Source of the DNA: Candidatus Kaiserbacteria bacterium
Lineage (GTDB): Bacteria; Patescibacteriota; Minisyncoccia; Phycocordibacterales; Phycocordibacteraceae
DNA length: 64,000 bases
Assembly: GCA_963813065.1 (NCBI GenBank)
Contig: CAWEXP010000008.1
Location: 73,289 to 137,288 of the forward strand
Direction of reading: 5' to 3'
The notes beneath the pieces were generated by a model. The model was not told the origin of the DNA. It saw nothing but the letters and a program-made list of their open reading frames with translations, and searched no databases. Numbering within the stretch: position 1 is the stretch's first letter; each line of letters starts with the position of its first letter. Positions 10,820-21,377 of this stretch are shown in pieces. Position numbers and translations under genes: made by a program.

Positions 10820-10959
10820 TAGCGAGAGAGGGTCTTGCGGCCCTGGCGACGGCGCTTCAAGAGAATTTTGCGGCCGGCGCTAGTCTCACTGCGCTTGCGG
10901 AATCCGTGCGTCGTGGCGCGCTTACGCTTATTCGGTTGGTAGGTCTGCTTGGTTGACAT
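10819..10959 (-). CDS. rpmH: 50S ribosomal protein L34
   Basis: Hand translation [46 protein letters not shown]. Confidence 0.95.
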   Translation of the reverse strand: MSTKQTYQPNKRKRATTHGFRKRSETSAGRKILLKRRRQGRKTLSR

Positions 10960-11055
10960 GAAAAGATGAATTAAAAGTTATACCCACCATACTAACAGGT
11001 TCTCCACCTTGCGCCAGGGTTTGCAGACTTCGTGGGACGCGTATAATCAACCGAC

Positions 11056-12405
11056 ATGGATACCGGAAATCCGCGCGAACTTTGGGAATATGTACTCACA
11101 CAAGTCGAGCTCTCTATTTCCCCCGCGAATTTCAACACCTGGTTCCGCGACAGTCATGTCGTGAAGATAGAAGAGGGCGTTTTGTATGTCGGCGTGCCGA
11201 GTCAATTCTTCAAAGATTGGTATATCAAGAAGTTCCACGCACTGCTCCTGAAGATTCTCCGCGATCTTTCATACGAATTCCGCAATATTGAGTATCTGAT
11301 CGTGAAAGACGAGCGCCGGAAGCCGCCCAAGGAGCCACGACATGACCATTCTGTTCCCGAGCTCCCGCTCGGCGATTTCTATATCAATAAGAGCGACAAT
11401 TTGAATCCGCGGTATACCTTCGATGCGTTCGTGGTGGGTTCCTTCAACGAGCTTGCGTATACCGCCGCTCAAGCAGCCATCAATCGCCCCGGCATCACCT
11501 ACAATCCGCTCTTCATTTATGGTGACACGGGCCGCGGCAAGACGCATCTTATCCAAGCTATCGGCAATCAATTTAAGAAACTCTATCCGACGCGCAAAGT
11601 TTTTTATCTCACTTCAGAGAAATTCGCAATTGATTACACCGATTCTATCCAGGCAGGTAATGCAAACCGTTTCAAAGACAAGTATCGCCAGTACGATCTC
11701 CTGATTATGGACGATGTACAGTTCCTCTCGAAAAAAGAGAAGACTCAGGAGGAGTTGTTCCATCTCTTTAACACCCTCCACGACACCAACAAACAAATTG
11801 TGTTCTCTTCAGATCGCCCGCCGGTCGCAATTCCGGATATCGCCGAGCGCCTGAAGGGTCGTCTCGCGAGTGGAATGACTATTGATATCTCTGAGCCAGA
11901 CACTGAATCGAGAATGGCGATTGTGCACCGGAAAGCATCTCTCAATGGCATTATCCTCTCGGATGAGGTTATTGAATATGTCGCCACCAACACCACCGGT
12001 TCTATCCGCGAGCTCGAGGGGATGGTGAATAGTATTGTCTGTCACGCACAAGTGAAGGGTATGTCGCCTGATATCGCTGAGGTACGACAGTCGCTCCGCT
12101 CATTTACGCGACCACAGAAGACTATCTCGGTGAAAAATGTCGTCGGGAAAGTCGCAGAGTTCTATGGTATCGAGGAAGAAAGTATCTATGAAAAGACCCG
12201 GAGGAGGGAAGTCGTGCGTCCACGCCAGATCATTATGTACCTTTTGCGAGAGGATTTTAATATTTCATACCCCACTATCGGTACGAAATTGGGTGGGCGC
12301 GATCATACAACGGTTATCCACTCCTGCGAGAAGATAAAGCGTGAAGTAATTGTGGATAGTGACCTCGCGAAAGATATTCAAAGTATTCGTACATTGTTGG
12401 TCTAG
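11056..12405 (+). CDS. dnaA: Chromosomal replication initiator DnaA
   Basis: NPLFIYGDTGRGKTHL, DDVQF, RELEG, GGRDHTTVIH. Confidence 0.97.
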   Translation: MDTGNPRELWEYVLTQVELSISPANFNTWFRDSHVVKIEEGVLYVGVPSQFFKDWYIKKFHALLLKILRDLSYEFRNIEYLIVKDERRKPPKEPRHDHSVPELPLGDFYINKSDNLNPRYTFDAFVVGSFNELAYTAAQAAINRPGITYNPLFIYGDTGRGKTHLIQAIGNQFKKLYPTRKVFYLTSEKFAIDYTDSIQAGNANRFKDKYRQYDLLIMDDVQFLSKKEKTQEELFHLFNTLHDTNKQIVFSSDRPPVAIPDIAERLKGRLASGMTIDISEPDTESRMAIVHRKASLNGIILSDEVIEYVATNTTGSIRELEGMVNSIVCHAQVKGMSPDIAEVRQSLRSFTRPQKTISVKNVVGKVAEFYGIEEESIYEKTRRREVVRPRQIIMYLLREDFNISYPTIGTKLGGRDHTTVIHSCEKIKREVIVDSDLAKDIQSIRTLLV

Positions 12406-12514
12406 AACTTATGGAGACTTATCAACAGCATCAAAAGTGGGGTGGGGTTGAAAAAGCAAGTAAATACAAAGCTTATTTGCCTATCCCCAGTATCCACCGC
12501 TATAATAAGGGCGT
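12314..12514. promoter_or_regulatory. Candidate oriC (DnaA-box cluster)
   Basis: Near-consensus TTATCCACA boxes at 12314 (TTATCCACT), 12351 (TGTGGATAG), 12419 (TTATCAACA), 12481 and 12490, at the dnaA-dnaN junction. Confidence 0.55.
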
Positions 12515-13615
12515 ATGATTGTTTCTCTAAATAAAAAAATATTCTCTGAAGCAGTGTTGATAAGTGCACGATTCGCCGAGCGCCGAGCGACCACCCTACC
12601 CGTTCTTGCCGCAATTCTTATCATTGCCGCTGATGAGGGAATCAAATTGCGCGCAACCAATCTCGAAACTGCCGTCGATTTGAAAGTGAAGGGTGAATGT
12701 AAATCGACGGGAGTGGTCGCTGTCCCGGCGAACATACTTCAACAAATTGCTTCATCGCTTGGTGGAGAAGGAGATATTACTCTTGAGCACACAGGGTCTT
12801 CTCTCACACTCAAGAACGGTTCGAGTAAAAGTGTACTAAAAACCATCCCGTACGACGATTTTCCTTCCATACCATTCCCTGAAAGTTCTAAAAATAGACT
12901 TCTCCTCTCTGGAGCGATGTTGAAATCTCTTTTCACCACTCTTGTTTCTTGTGCTTCGAATTCAACCGTCCGTCCTGAGCTCGCCAGCATCTATCTCTCT
13001 ATTGAAGGAGGAATGTTGACCGCAGTCGCGACTGACTCATTCCGTCTCGCGGAGAAGAAAATTCCACTCGCGAGTCGTGGTGCACAAGGGAAGATACTTA
13101 TTCCCGCAAAGAATGCCGCCGAAATTGCTCAAGCACTTCCCGATGAAGAGATTATTGTTTCCTTCGATGAGCATCAATGCGCATTTATCGGGAGTCATGG
13201 CATGTTCGTCACCCGCCTCACGAATGCCACCTATCCTGATTATCGCCAAATCATTCCAAAAGAATCGGTGGTTGAAGCAGTTGTTCTTAAAAAAGATTTT
13301 GAAAGCGCGTTGAAGCGAACTACTATCTTTGCTGATTCATTCCAGAAAGTAAAAATAACGTTTGAGCCGAAGACGCATAAACTCTCCTTCTTCGCCCACA
13401 ATGCCGATCTTGGAGAATCCTCAGAATCAATTCCGGCACAAATGTCGGGCACGAATCTCGACCTCTCGTTCAACCACCGCTACCTCTCTGCGGCACTCTC
13501 GCTGACGCATGCCGAGAGTATTTCAATCACTGCCGCAGGTCCGGGGCGTCCCGTGCTTATTAAAGGTGTTGGCGACTCATCATTCCTCTATCTTGTTTCG
13601 CCAATGAATAACTAG
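12515..13615 (+). CDS. dnaN: DNA polymerase III beta clamp
   Basis: ATNLE, VATDSFRLAE, YPDYRQIIP, FNHRYL; follows dnaA. Confidence 0.95.
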   Translation: MIVSLNKKIFSEAVLISARFAERRATTLPVLAAILIIAADEGIKLRATNLETAVDLKVKGECKSTGVVAVPANILQQIASSLGGEGDITLEHTGSSLTLKNGSSKSVLKTIPYDDFPSIPFPESSKNRLLLSGAMLKSLFTTLVSCASNSTVRPELASIYLSIEGGMLTAVATDSFRLAEKKIPLASRGAQGKILIPAKNAAEIAQALPDEEIIVSFDEHQCAFIGSHGMFVTRLTNATYPDYRQIIPKESVVEAVVLKKDFESALKRTTIFADSFQKVKITFEPKTHKLSFFAHNADLGESSESIPAQMSGTNLDLSFNHRYLSAALSLTHAESISITAAGPGRPVLIKGVGDSSFLYLVSPMNN

Positions 13616-13618
13616 TCT

Positions 13619-13667
13619 TGAGTGAGATCAGACCTAAACAGCAACTGTTTAGGTCTGATCTCACTCA
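13619..13667. terminator. Perfect 23-bp inverted repeat between convergent genes
   Basis: TGAGTGAGATCAGACCTAAACAG-CAA-CTGTTTAGGTCTGATCTCACTCA. Confidence 0.7.
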
Positions 13668-15818
13668 TTCACTAGAAGAAAGAGGGACCGGGAGCATGAC
13701 ACCACCAGAGAAGAGGTTAGGGTGCGACGCATACCATGCTTGGACGCCATACTCCCAGTAGGAAAACTGTGGATCGCTTGCAGGATTCGAGGGTGGCGCA
13801 CCTTGCGGATTATTTTTATCAGTCCAGTAGAGCAGATCATGCGGAGTAAGTGAGCCTGAAGAATCGGGAATCTGCCAATTACCTTGGAGGAGTGGCGGCA
13901 CGCTCGAGAAAATCGGATCGGGCTCGCCGAAGTAGGTCTTCGAATATTTAGAAACGGCATAGGTCATCGCATCGTGCCACATCGGAGCGACAATGAAACC
14001 AGCAATCGACTTCACCATGGGGCTGTTGTCATTATTGCCTGCCCAGACGCCAAGTGCGATCGAAGGGGTGTAACCAATCGTCCAAGCATCGCGGGTGTCA
14101 TTAGTGGTACCCGTCTTCACTGCGACATCATAGCCAGGAATGGTGAGGGGAGAATCGAGTGCATATTCAGGTACCCGTGCCGGTGCATCAGAGAGCATCG
14201 CGGATACGTCACGCGCGATATTTGCGGGGATCACCCGTGTCGAATTCGGCGTGTATTGCTGGAGCATAGTCCCTGACGCATCTTGCACCTCAAGAATCCC
14301 GGTCGACGGATTGAGGACTCCATCGTTGCCGAAGGCGCCATACGCATTCGTGAGGTCGAGGAGTCGTACCTCGCCACCGCCGAGCACGAGTGTGAGGCCG
14401 TATTGCGCGGCATTGCCGAGCGACGAGAGACCAAATGATTCGGCGAGACCGATCGCATTCTGGATACCAACCAAATAGAGTACTTTGATCGCCGGCACAT
14501 TGATTGATTGTGCGAGCGCCGTCTCGAAGGTCATTGGTCCGCGGAAGGTCCCGTCGAAGTCCTGGGGCGCGTAGCAGGGTGGAGTGTCATTGGTGACGTC
14601 AGAAGGGGAACAGGCGGTAGAGAATTGGGTTGGAACATCGAAGACGACGGTGTCGCGGGTATAGCCGTGCATGAGCGCGAGGCCGTAGATAAAGGGCTTC
14701 ATGGTCGAGCCAGGCTGGCGAGAAGCAAGTGCCGCATTGTATTGGCCGTCAGTTGTGGTGCTGAAGAAATTGTTCGAGCCGACCATCGCTAATATCTGGC
14801 CCGTAGAGGGATCAGTCGCTACCAAGGCCTCGTTACTCGCTTTGAAATTCTTTAAATTACTTGCCGCGTAACTTTCCACTACTGATTCCATATGCACCTG
14901 GAGATCAGCATCGAGTGTAGTGGTCACTTTGAGTCCCCGCGCGAGGGCGCTCTCGCCGTAGGTCTGCTCAAGCTGGTCGAGAATGTAGAACACAAAATGC
15001 GGCGCGATAATGGAATGTTGACCCGCGGGATTCGTCGTCGCGAAAGAAACTTTCTCAACTTTTGCCGAAGCATAGTCGGCATCGGAGATGAATCCCAGTG
15101 TATGCATACGATCGAGTACCAAATCCTTCCGTGCATCGAGCGCGGCCCGGTGTTGGCCATAGGGCGAGTAATACGAGGGTGCTTGTATCATCGCAGAGAG
15201 ATATGCCGACTCAGCGATGGTCAGATCTTTTGACGACACTCCAAAGTACGCCTCACTCGCTGATTCGATGCCGTAGAGGGTGCCGCCATAGGGGATGGCA
15301 TTGAGGTAGGCTTCGAGTATCTGATTTTTTGAATACGCCTGCTCGAGACGAATGGCCAGAATCCACTCATGCACCTTACGTGTGATGCTTTTCTCGTTGG
15401 TGAGAATGGTGTTCTTCACCAACTGCTGGGTAATCGTCGAACCGCCCTGCGTCGAGCCGCCCGGTATGAGGTCGGCGAGTGCCGCACGAATGATGGAGGT
15501 GAAGCGGACGCCGCCGTGTTCGTAGAAACTCGAGTCTTCAATGGCAATAGTTGCATTAATTGCCTCGGGCGCGATTGACGCAAGAGGTACGACCTCACGT
15601 CGCGCGTCGCGATTGTAGTCATAGAGGAGCACTTGCCCCGTGCGGTCATAAATCTTGGTCGACTGATCGACCTGGCGCGCGGTGAAGGACGCGATGTCCG
15701 GCGTCGGCGTGAACGCCGCGCCAATGAGGAGGATTCCCGCAAACAAGAAGCCAAGGCCAAGGACGGCGAAACAGATAGTGAGCAGGATATGCTGAACCCG
15801 CTTCGGGTGCTTGCGCAT
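13665..15818 (-). CDS. Class A penicillin-binding protein (transglycosylase/transpeptidase)
   Basis: EDSSFYEHGG, GGSTITQQL, RQPGSTMKPF, KTGT. Confidence 0.93.
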   Translation of the reverse strand: MRKHPKRVQHILLTICFAVLGLGFLFAGILLIGAAFTPTPDIASFTARQVDQSTKIYDRTGQVLLYDYNRDARREVVPLASIAPEAINATIAIEDSSFYEHGGVRFTSIIRAALADLIPGGSTQGGSTITQQLVKNTILTNEKSITRKVHEWILAIRLEQAYSKNQILEAYLNAIPYGGTLYGIESASEAYFGVSSKDLTIAESAYLSAMIQAPSYYSPYGQHRAALDARKDLVLDRMHTLGFISDADYASAKVEKVSFATTNPAGQHSIIAPHFVFYILDQLEQTYGESALARGLKVTTTLDADLQVHMESVVESYAASNLKNFKASNEALVATDPSTGQILAMVGSNNFFSTTTDGQYNAALASRQPGSTMKPFIYGLALMHGYTRDTVVFDVPTQFSTACSPSDVTNDTPPCYAPQDFDGTFRGPMTFETALAQSINVPAIKVLYLVGIQNAIGLAESFGLSSLGNAAQYGLTLVLGGGEVRLLDLTNAYGAFGNDGVLNPSTGILEVQDASGTMLQQYTPNSTRVIPANIARDVSAMLSDAPARVPEYALDSPLTIPGYDVAVKTGTTNDTRDAWTIGYTPSIALGVWAGNNDNSPMVKSIAGFIVAPMWHDAMTYAVSKYSKTYFGEPDPIFSSVPPLLQGNWQIPDSSGSLTPHDLLYWTDKNNPQGAPPSNPASDPQFSYWEYGVQAWYASHPNLFSGGVMLPVPLSSSE

Positions 15819-15836
15819 CCTACGATGCTAACACAA

Positions 15837-16328
15837 TTAGACGTCGAGTTGCGAAAAAACTATTTTTTGTGCAAGTGCCGCAATCCCCAGGGCAATAGCG
15901 TCGAGCTCGTCGTCGCGGCGCTTACGGGGCGGAAGCGCAATAAGTCGAGGAATCATGCGGGCCACAGCCGCCTTGTCGGCATTGCCGTATCCGGTGACCG
16001 CGAGCTTGACCTGTTGGGGTGAACACTCGAGAACGAGAACCCCCGCAAGACCGGCGGCAGAGAGGATGACACCGCGCGCCTCGGCAACAGGCAGAGCGGT
16101 TTTCTTATTGTTCGTACTGAAAAAGAGTGTTTCGATTGCGAGGAGGTCGGGCGCATATTTTTTGAGCGCTCCCGCGACAGCGCGATGCACCTCGGCAAGG
16201 CGCGCAGGCGGAGAACCTTTCTTGGGCTCGACGCAATCACTCCAGACCAGTTGTGGCTTGCTCGCGTCGCCTTCGACGACCGCGATGCCGAGCCGGTCGT
16301 AGCCCGGGTCAATCGCTAGTACTCTCAT
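15837..16328 (-). CDS. ruvC: Holliday junction resolvase RuvC
   Basis: VLAIDPG, EARGV, VTGYGNADK, DELDA; start trimmed to MRVLAIDPG. Confidence 0.93.
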   Translation of the reverse strand: MRVLAIDPGYDRLGIAVVEGDASKPQLVWSDCVEPKKGSPPARLAEVHRAVAGALKKYAPDLLAIETLFFSTNNKKTALPVAEARGVILSAAGLAGVLVLECSPQQVKLAVTGYGNADKAAVARMIPRLIALPPRKRRDDELDAIALGIAALAQKIVFSQLDV

Positions 16329-16866
16329 ACCCGCGTGCATTAGTGAAGATGATTTGGACATCTTCATGATCGTCGAGCGCTTCGAGGAGCTGAGAGAGCT
16401 TCTCCTCATCAGCGCCTGCGACCTCGGCTAGGGGCTCATTCGCCGCGTAGCCGCCCTCGGCCTTCTTCGAGAAGGCCCAGAGTGCGGAGCCAGGTGCCGC
16501 AAGCTCGACACCATGTTGGGAAAGAAGGTGCTTAATCTCCTGCGTCGTACGATTCTTGTTATCAGTCATCGCTTCGACGATAAGCGCCGCGCCTGAGGGA
16601 CCATAGGCCTCGTAGACGACCTGTTCGAGACTGCCCGCGTCCTTCGACATTCCCTTCGCGATAGCGCGCTCGATATTGTCCTTCGGCATATTTGCCGCCT
16701 TCGCGCGCGCGATAACCGCCGCGAGTGCGGGCGCCGCGACCGCACCGTTCGCCTTCTTCGATTCGAGCGCGATGTGGCGCGCGAATCGTGAGAAGACACG
16801 ACTCCGCGCGCCGTCGGTGACCGCTTTTTGTCGCTTTATCTGCGCCCATTTATTGTGTCCGGACAT
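16309..16866 (-). CDS. yebC: YebC/PmpR family protein (short form)
   Basis: MSGHNKWAQIKRQK, NMPKDNIERAI, YEAYGP, TDNKNRT. Confidence 0.92.
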   Translation of the reverse strand: MSGHNKWAQIKRQKAVTDGARSRVFSRFARHIALESKKANGAVAAPALAAVIARAKAANMPKDNIERAIAKGMSKDAGSLEQVVYEAYGPSGAALIVEAMTDNKNRTTQEIKHLLSQHGVELAAPGSALWAFSKKAEGGYAANEPLAEVAGADEEKLSQLLEALDDHEDVQIIFTNARGYESTSD

Positions 16867-17332
16867 GGTGAGAGTGTAAACAATAATGAGAGTACCAGCA
16901 CACAGCTAACAGGCTCGCGAGTATCAGCGTGAGATCCATAAAGACGAGCGGACTGAGGAATGTGACGCCGTTCGTCGCGACTTGCATCCAGAAATGAGTC
17001 GGCGATACGAACACGAATCTGCCTTGGGTGACGAGTGATACACCCGAGGGGAGCGCGAGCACTTCGCCAACAATGAAAGCGCCGCCAATCCGTGTCCCGT
17101 ACCGCCACACGTCGGGCACGAGGGCACCTGCCGCATATGCCAAGCAAGCACCCAGCGCCACATCAATCAGCAAACGGAGCACAAGGATGACGTACCAGAG
17201 AACTACGAAGCTCAGTGAAGGGGCGAGGTAGGGCAATACGACATAGTTCGCGATGAGCGGCGTGAGCGACCAGCCGAAAAAGCCCACTACGAGCGTTACG
17301 AGGAAAAAGAAAACGAGCGGACGCCAGGTCAT
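16850..17332 (-). CDS. Hypothetical membrane protein
   Basis: About four TM helices; overlaps both neighbours. Confidence 0.55.
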   Translation of the reverse strand: MTWRPLVFFFLVTLVVGFFGWSLTPLIANYVVLPYLAPSLSFVVLWYVILVLRLLIDVALGACLAYAAGALVPDVWRYGTRIGGAFIVGEVLALPSGVSLVTQGRFVFVSPTHFWMQVATNGVTFLSPLVFMDLTLILASLLAVCWYSHYCLHSHHVRTQ

Positions 17333-18348
17333 AACAGTTTCTGCAGAGCTGATTGCAAATATTCGCGCCCTTTCTCGGTCAAGATGCGTCCGCGCGGCGA
17401 GCGCTCGACGAGGCCGAGGCGCAGGAGATAGGGCTCGTAGACGTTCTCGAGTGTCTCGACCTCTTCGTGGAGACCCGAGGCGAGCGCGCGGATACCTGCC
17501 GGCCCACCTCTGAAGCTGTGTTGAAGAGTTTCGAGATAGCGACGGTCATCTTTGGTCAGGCCGAAAGCGTCGACACCGAAGAGTTCGCACGCTTCATCGC
17601 AGAGCTCGGCCGAGAGCGGGCGTTCACGCACTTCGGAGAAGTCACGGACGCGCTTCAAGAGTGAATTCGCGACGCGCGGAGTCGCGCGACTCCGCGCCGC
17701 AATGCGATCAATGACGGCCTCAGGCGCATCGAGCCCGAGGAGGAGGGCCGATCGGCGAATAATATCGCGCAATTCTTTTTCGCTATAGAAATCGAGCTGG
17801 TACGTGCCGCCGCCGAAGCGTGAGCGTAGGGGGCCCGAGAGTTCGGCGACGCGGGTAGTCGCGCCGACGAGCGTAAAGGGTGGAAGCGGGAGCTCAACGG
17901 TTCGCGCTGAAGGGCCTTTCCCCAAGACGATGTCGAGATGACCGCTTTCGAGCGCGGGGTAGAGCAATTCTTCAATCTTGCGCGAGAGGCGATGGATTTC
18001 GTCGATGAACAGCACGGTGCCCGGTTCGAGATTGGTGAGAATGGCGGCGAGATCGGCCGCGCGTTCGATGGCGACGCCCGACGTATTCTTCAAATGGGCG
18101 CCGAGGGTGTTCGCGACGAGGTGGGCGAGGGTCGTTTTGCCGACGCCTGGGGGGCCATAGAAGAGAATGTGTTCGGGCATGCCGCCGCGCTTCTTGGCGG
18201 CGTCAATGGCGATGCGGACATTCGCCTTGATCTGTTCCTGCCCGACATACTCCTCCCAGCGCGCGGGGCGGAGCGCCGCATCGAGCACTTCCGTCACTAC
18301 CATTCCACCTTCTGCATCTTGTTTGACGGTCGGTCGAGGACTTGACAT
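17329..18348 (-). CDS. ruvB: Holliday junction branch-migration ATPase RuvB
   Basis: GPPGVGKTTLA, FIDEIHRL, GATTR, EPYL. Confidence 0.96.
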   Translation of the reverse strand: MSSPRPTVKQDAEGGMVVTEVLDAALRPARWEEYVGQEQIKANVRIAIDAAKKRGGMPEHILFYGPPGVGKTTLAHLVANTLGAHLKNTSGVAIERAADLAAILTNLEPGTVLFIDEIHRLSRKIEELLYPALESGHLDIVLGKGPSARTVELPLPPFTLVGATTRVAELSGPLRSRFGGGTYQLDFYSEKELRDIIRRSALLLGLDAPEAVIDRIAARSRATPRVANSLLKRVRDFSEVRERPLSAELCDEACELFGVDAFGLTKDDRRYLETLQHSFRGGPAGIRALASGLHEEVETLENVYEPYLLRLGLVERSPRGRILTEKGREYLQSALQKLL

Positions 18349-18670
18349 AAAAATGGGCTAGTGCTACCATCGTACCACAGAGTTTTGATCCTGTTCATAT
18401 TCCTCCTGGCAAGGCTTGACGGCTTCGGGCGTTACCCCAAGGACCTTCTGGTCCCGCATTTCGGTGCGGGTACTGGTCTCATCCTCAGGTGTCTCGTCCA
18501 CGCACCACTCCGGTGGAGCGATCGCCTGGAGGAATATGAACGGGATTGGCCCGTTCTTTCTACGGAGGAAGCTGTGGAGTTCATCAATCCATACAAAAAA
18601 CGCGTTTCAGGATTATTTCAACGCCACTCTGAACTGAATCCCAAGCCCCGCTAACCGCGGGGCATTTTAT

Positions 18671-20335
18671 TTATCTCGGCAAGTCGACGGTGGTAGCGAC
18701 TTCGGCGAGGGAGGTGATGCCGGAGAGCGCTTTGAGGATGCCATCTTGCGCCATGGTGAGGTAGCCCTGCTTGCTCGCAAGCTTTGCGATTTCGTTGGCG
18801 GGCGGGTTTTCACGGAGGAATTCGGCGAGCTCGTCGTCCATAAATATGGCTTCATAGAGACCAATGCGGCCGTGGTAGCCGGTCTCGCCCGTTTCTGTGT
18901 TGGGAACTGGCTCCCACACCGTTTCTACTTTTTCTGGTAGCAAACTTTTGTCAGTGAGCGGCTCGAATACTTTGGCAATCATCGCTTTCTCGGCGTCGGT
19001 CAGCGGACGTTCTTTTTTCTTATCCGGATCGAGTTTGCGCAGGAGGCGTTGTGCCATCGAGACGGTGATGGCCGAACCAAACGATTTCGGGTCAGCCCCG
19101 AGGTCGCAGAGGCGAGGGAAGGTGCCTGCGGCGTCGTTGGTGTGGAGGGTGGAGAAGACGAAGTGCCCGGTGAGCGCGGCTTGGATAGCGATATTGGCCG
19201 TGTCGGCGTCGCGGATTTCGCCGACCATGATGACGTCGGGGTCTTGACGCACAATCGAGCGGAGACCCTCGGCGAAGGTGTACTTGGTCTCGTCGACCTG
19301 GGTCTGCACGATACCTTCGAGGTGATACTCGATTGGATCTTCGATGGTGATGACTTTTATTTCCGGATTCTGAATCTCGCGGAGGAAGGAGTAGAGCGTC
19401 GTCGTCTTGCCCGATCCTGTGGGGCCGGTGGTGAGGAGCATGCCATTAGCGCGCCGAATCTCGTGCTCAAGCCGCTCAAGGAGCTTGGGGTGAATGCCGA
19501 GATTCTTGAACGAGACTTTCGTCGTTTCGGGGTCGAGGAGACGGAGAACGATCGACTCGCCGTAATTGCCGGGGATAAAGGAGGAGCGTACCTCCACTTG
19601 CACCGGGCCTCGCGCGATGCTGAAGCGGCCATCCTGCGCGCGATTCGCAATATTTAATTTCACCGCCGAGAGGAGCTTGATGCGCGAATTGAGCTGATGA
19701 TAGGTGGTGGGATCGAAAAAATAAGCATCGACGAGGAGACCATCGAGGCGTAGGCGCAATCGAGTCTGCGTTTCTTCCGGCTCGAAGTGGATGTCTGAGG
19801 CGCGGAGTGCGAGCGCACCTGCCAATACAATCTCGGTAATGTGCGAAACACGATCGAGCGACTTCAGCTCCACCGCCGCATCGAGCGCGGACTTGAGGCT
19901 CGCAAGTGTGGTGATTGGCGCATTCGCGACATCGGGCGCGAGCTCGAAGACGCCCGCGCGGCTCTCGGTGGTGAAGGGGAGGTCGGCATAGCGCGCGAGT
20001 GCTTTTTGAAAACTTTTTTCCGATACGAGGAACTGCGTAACCGAGAAACCATCGCTCGCGAGATCGGTGAGGAGTCCGGGCAACGCAGAATTCGCGGGAT
20101 TGTGAACCGCGAGCGAGAGGTTCTTGGCCGAGCGCGCGAAGGGGATTGCTTCGGCGGCCTCAGCCTTCTCGCGTGGTACCGCGCGCAGAGCCTCGGTATC
20201 TACTTGGAGCAGTGAGAGATCGGCATATTCCATGCCGTACTTCTCTGAGAGAATGTGCGCAACATCTTCTTCTTCGCGTTCACGCACACCAGCAAGCTCA
20301 GCATCTTCCTTTTCAAGATCAAACGGGGAATCCAT
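18671..20335 (-). CDS. pilB: Type IV pilus/T2SS assembly ATPase (PilB/GspE)
   Basis: ASDIHFEP, GPTGSGKTTT, EDPIEY, RQDPDVIMVGEIRD, STLHTN. Confidence 0.9.
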   Translation of the reverse strand: MDSPFDLEKEDAELAGVREREEEDVAHILSEKYGMEYADLSLLQVDTEALRAVPREKAEAAEAIPFARSAKNLSLAVHNPANSALPGLLTDLASDGFSVTQFLVSEKSFQKALARYADLPFTTESRAGVFELAPDVANAPITTLASLKSALDAAVELKSLDRVSHITEIVLAGALALRASDIHFEPEETQTRLRLRLDGLLVDAYFFDPTTYHQLNSRIKLLSAVKLNIANRAQDGRFSIARGPVQVEVRSSFIPGNYGESIVLRLLDPETTKVSFKNLGIHPKLLERLEHEIRRANGMLLTTGPTGSGKTTTLYSFLREIQNPEIKVITIEDPIEYHLEGIVQTQVDETKYTFAEGLRSIVRQDPDVIMVGEIRDADTANIAIQAALTGHFVFSTLHTNDAAGTFPRLCDLGADPKSFGSAITVSMAQRLLRKLDPDKKKERPLTDAEKAMIAKVFEPLTDKSLLPEKVETVWEPVPNTETGETGYHGRIGLYEAIFMDDELAEFLRENPPANEIAKLASKQGYLTMAQDGILKALSGITSLAEVATTVDLPR

Positions 20336-20434
20336 ACGCGGAATGATAGCACCCAAAAACAGGGCAGAGGGGGACACTTGACAATAGTGGTCTAATCTGA
20401 TACCCTACACACAGACTTTTTGAAGGAGAAAATC

Positions 20435-20845
20435 ATGCGTTCCTTGATTCTCGCAATCGCCGCGCTGGCAGTAACTGCCGGTGCGGCATTGGCCGATAAT
20501 GTTGCTGTGCGTGGCACGACGTCAGTCATAAAGCCGACGTCAGGGCAACCGATCATCCTGCCCATGCCGGAGCAGGGCTCCCACTGGGCCTGCGTTGCCG
20601 TCTCGGGCACCGACACCGAGCAATGCACGGTGACAGAAGGTCCAGTGGTCCCGCCGCCTGCCCCACAGCCCATTGCACAGCTTGCACCCCCACCAGTCGT
20701 GGTGATGGCGAATCCCGCCTGCTACATGGTGCCCGTCCGCGTAGGCTTTGTTTGGATAAACGAACCCATGTGTCCGGGCGACCTCATGATCGGCTTCGAC
20801 CTCTTCGGTGGCCACCATGGCTTCCATGGAGGACATCATCATTAA
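20435..20845 (+). CDS. Small secreted protein with His/Gly-rich tail
   Basis: GGAG RBS, signal peptide, ends GGHHGFHGGHHH. Confidence 0.6.
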   Translation: MRSLILAIAALAVTAGAALADNVAVRGTTSVIKPTSGQPIILPMPEQGSHWACVAVSGTDTEQCTVTEGPVVPPPAPQPIAQLAPPPVVVMANPACYMVPVRVGFVWINEPMCPGDLMIGFDLFGGHHGFHGGHHH

Positions 20846-20856
20846 ACTCTTCAGGC

Positions 20857-20884
20857 GCCCCCGAGCAATCGGGGGCATTTCTTT
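20857..20884 (+). terminator. Intrinsic terminator
   Basis: GCCCCCGA-GCAA-TCGGGGGC followed by a T-rich tract. Confidence 0.6.
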
Positions 20885-20927
20885 ATGATGCGTTTTATTG
20901 AATCGTATTCGAGAGTACAATGGCCGA

Positions 20928-21377
20928 ATGGAACAGCGGATTGAAAATCTCGATGAGCTCGGGCTCGCGGCGCAGGCCTTTGTTGCGCAATTGGTGCCGC
21001 GAAGAGAGGGTGCGACGCTCGTCACCCTCTCGGGCGAGCTCGGGGCGGGGAAGACCGCGTTTACCAAGGGGGTTGCGAAAGCGCTCGGTATCGAGGAAGT
21101 GGTCACCAGCCCCACGTTCGTTTTGGAAAAAATATACCAACTCAAGAATCAAAAATTTACGCGTCTCATTCATATAGATGCTTACCGTCTCGAGTCTGCC
21201 GCCGACCTCGCGTCGCTCGGTTTCGACGAAAGTATGAAGGATCCGGGGAACCTCATTTTCCTCGAATGGCCGGAACGAGTTGCTGGGGGCTTGCCGAACG
21301 CCCCGGTCGAGCTCACCTTTTCCGTCCTCCCCGACCATTCTCGCCATCTGCGGATTACAGGTACAATAGGAGGGTGA
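20928..21377 (+). CDS. tsaE: tRNA threonylcarbamoyladenosine biosynthesis ATPase TsaE
   Basis: LSGELGAGKT, VTSPTF, HIDAYRL, EWPE. Confidence 0.93.
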   Translation: MEQRIENLDELGLAAQAFVAQLVPRREGATLVTLSGELGAGKTAFTKGVAKALGIEEVVTSPTFVLEKIYQLKNQKFTRLIHIDAYRLESAADLASLGFDESMKDPGNLIFLEWPERVAGGLPNAPVELTFSVLPDHSRHLRITGTIGG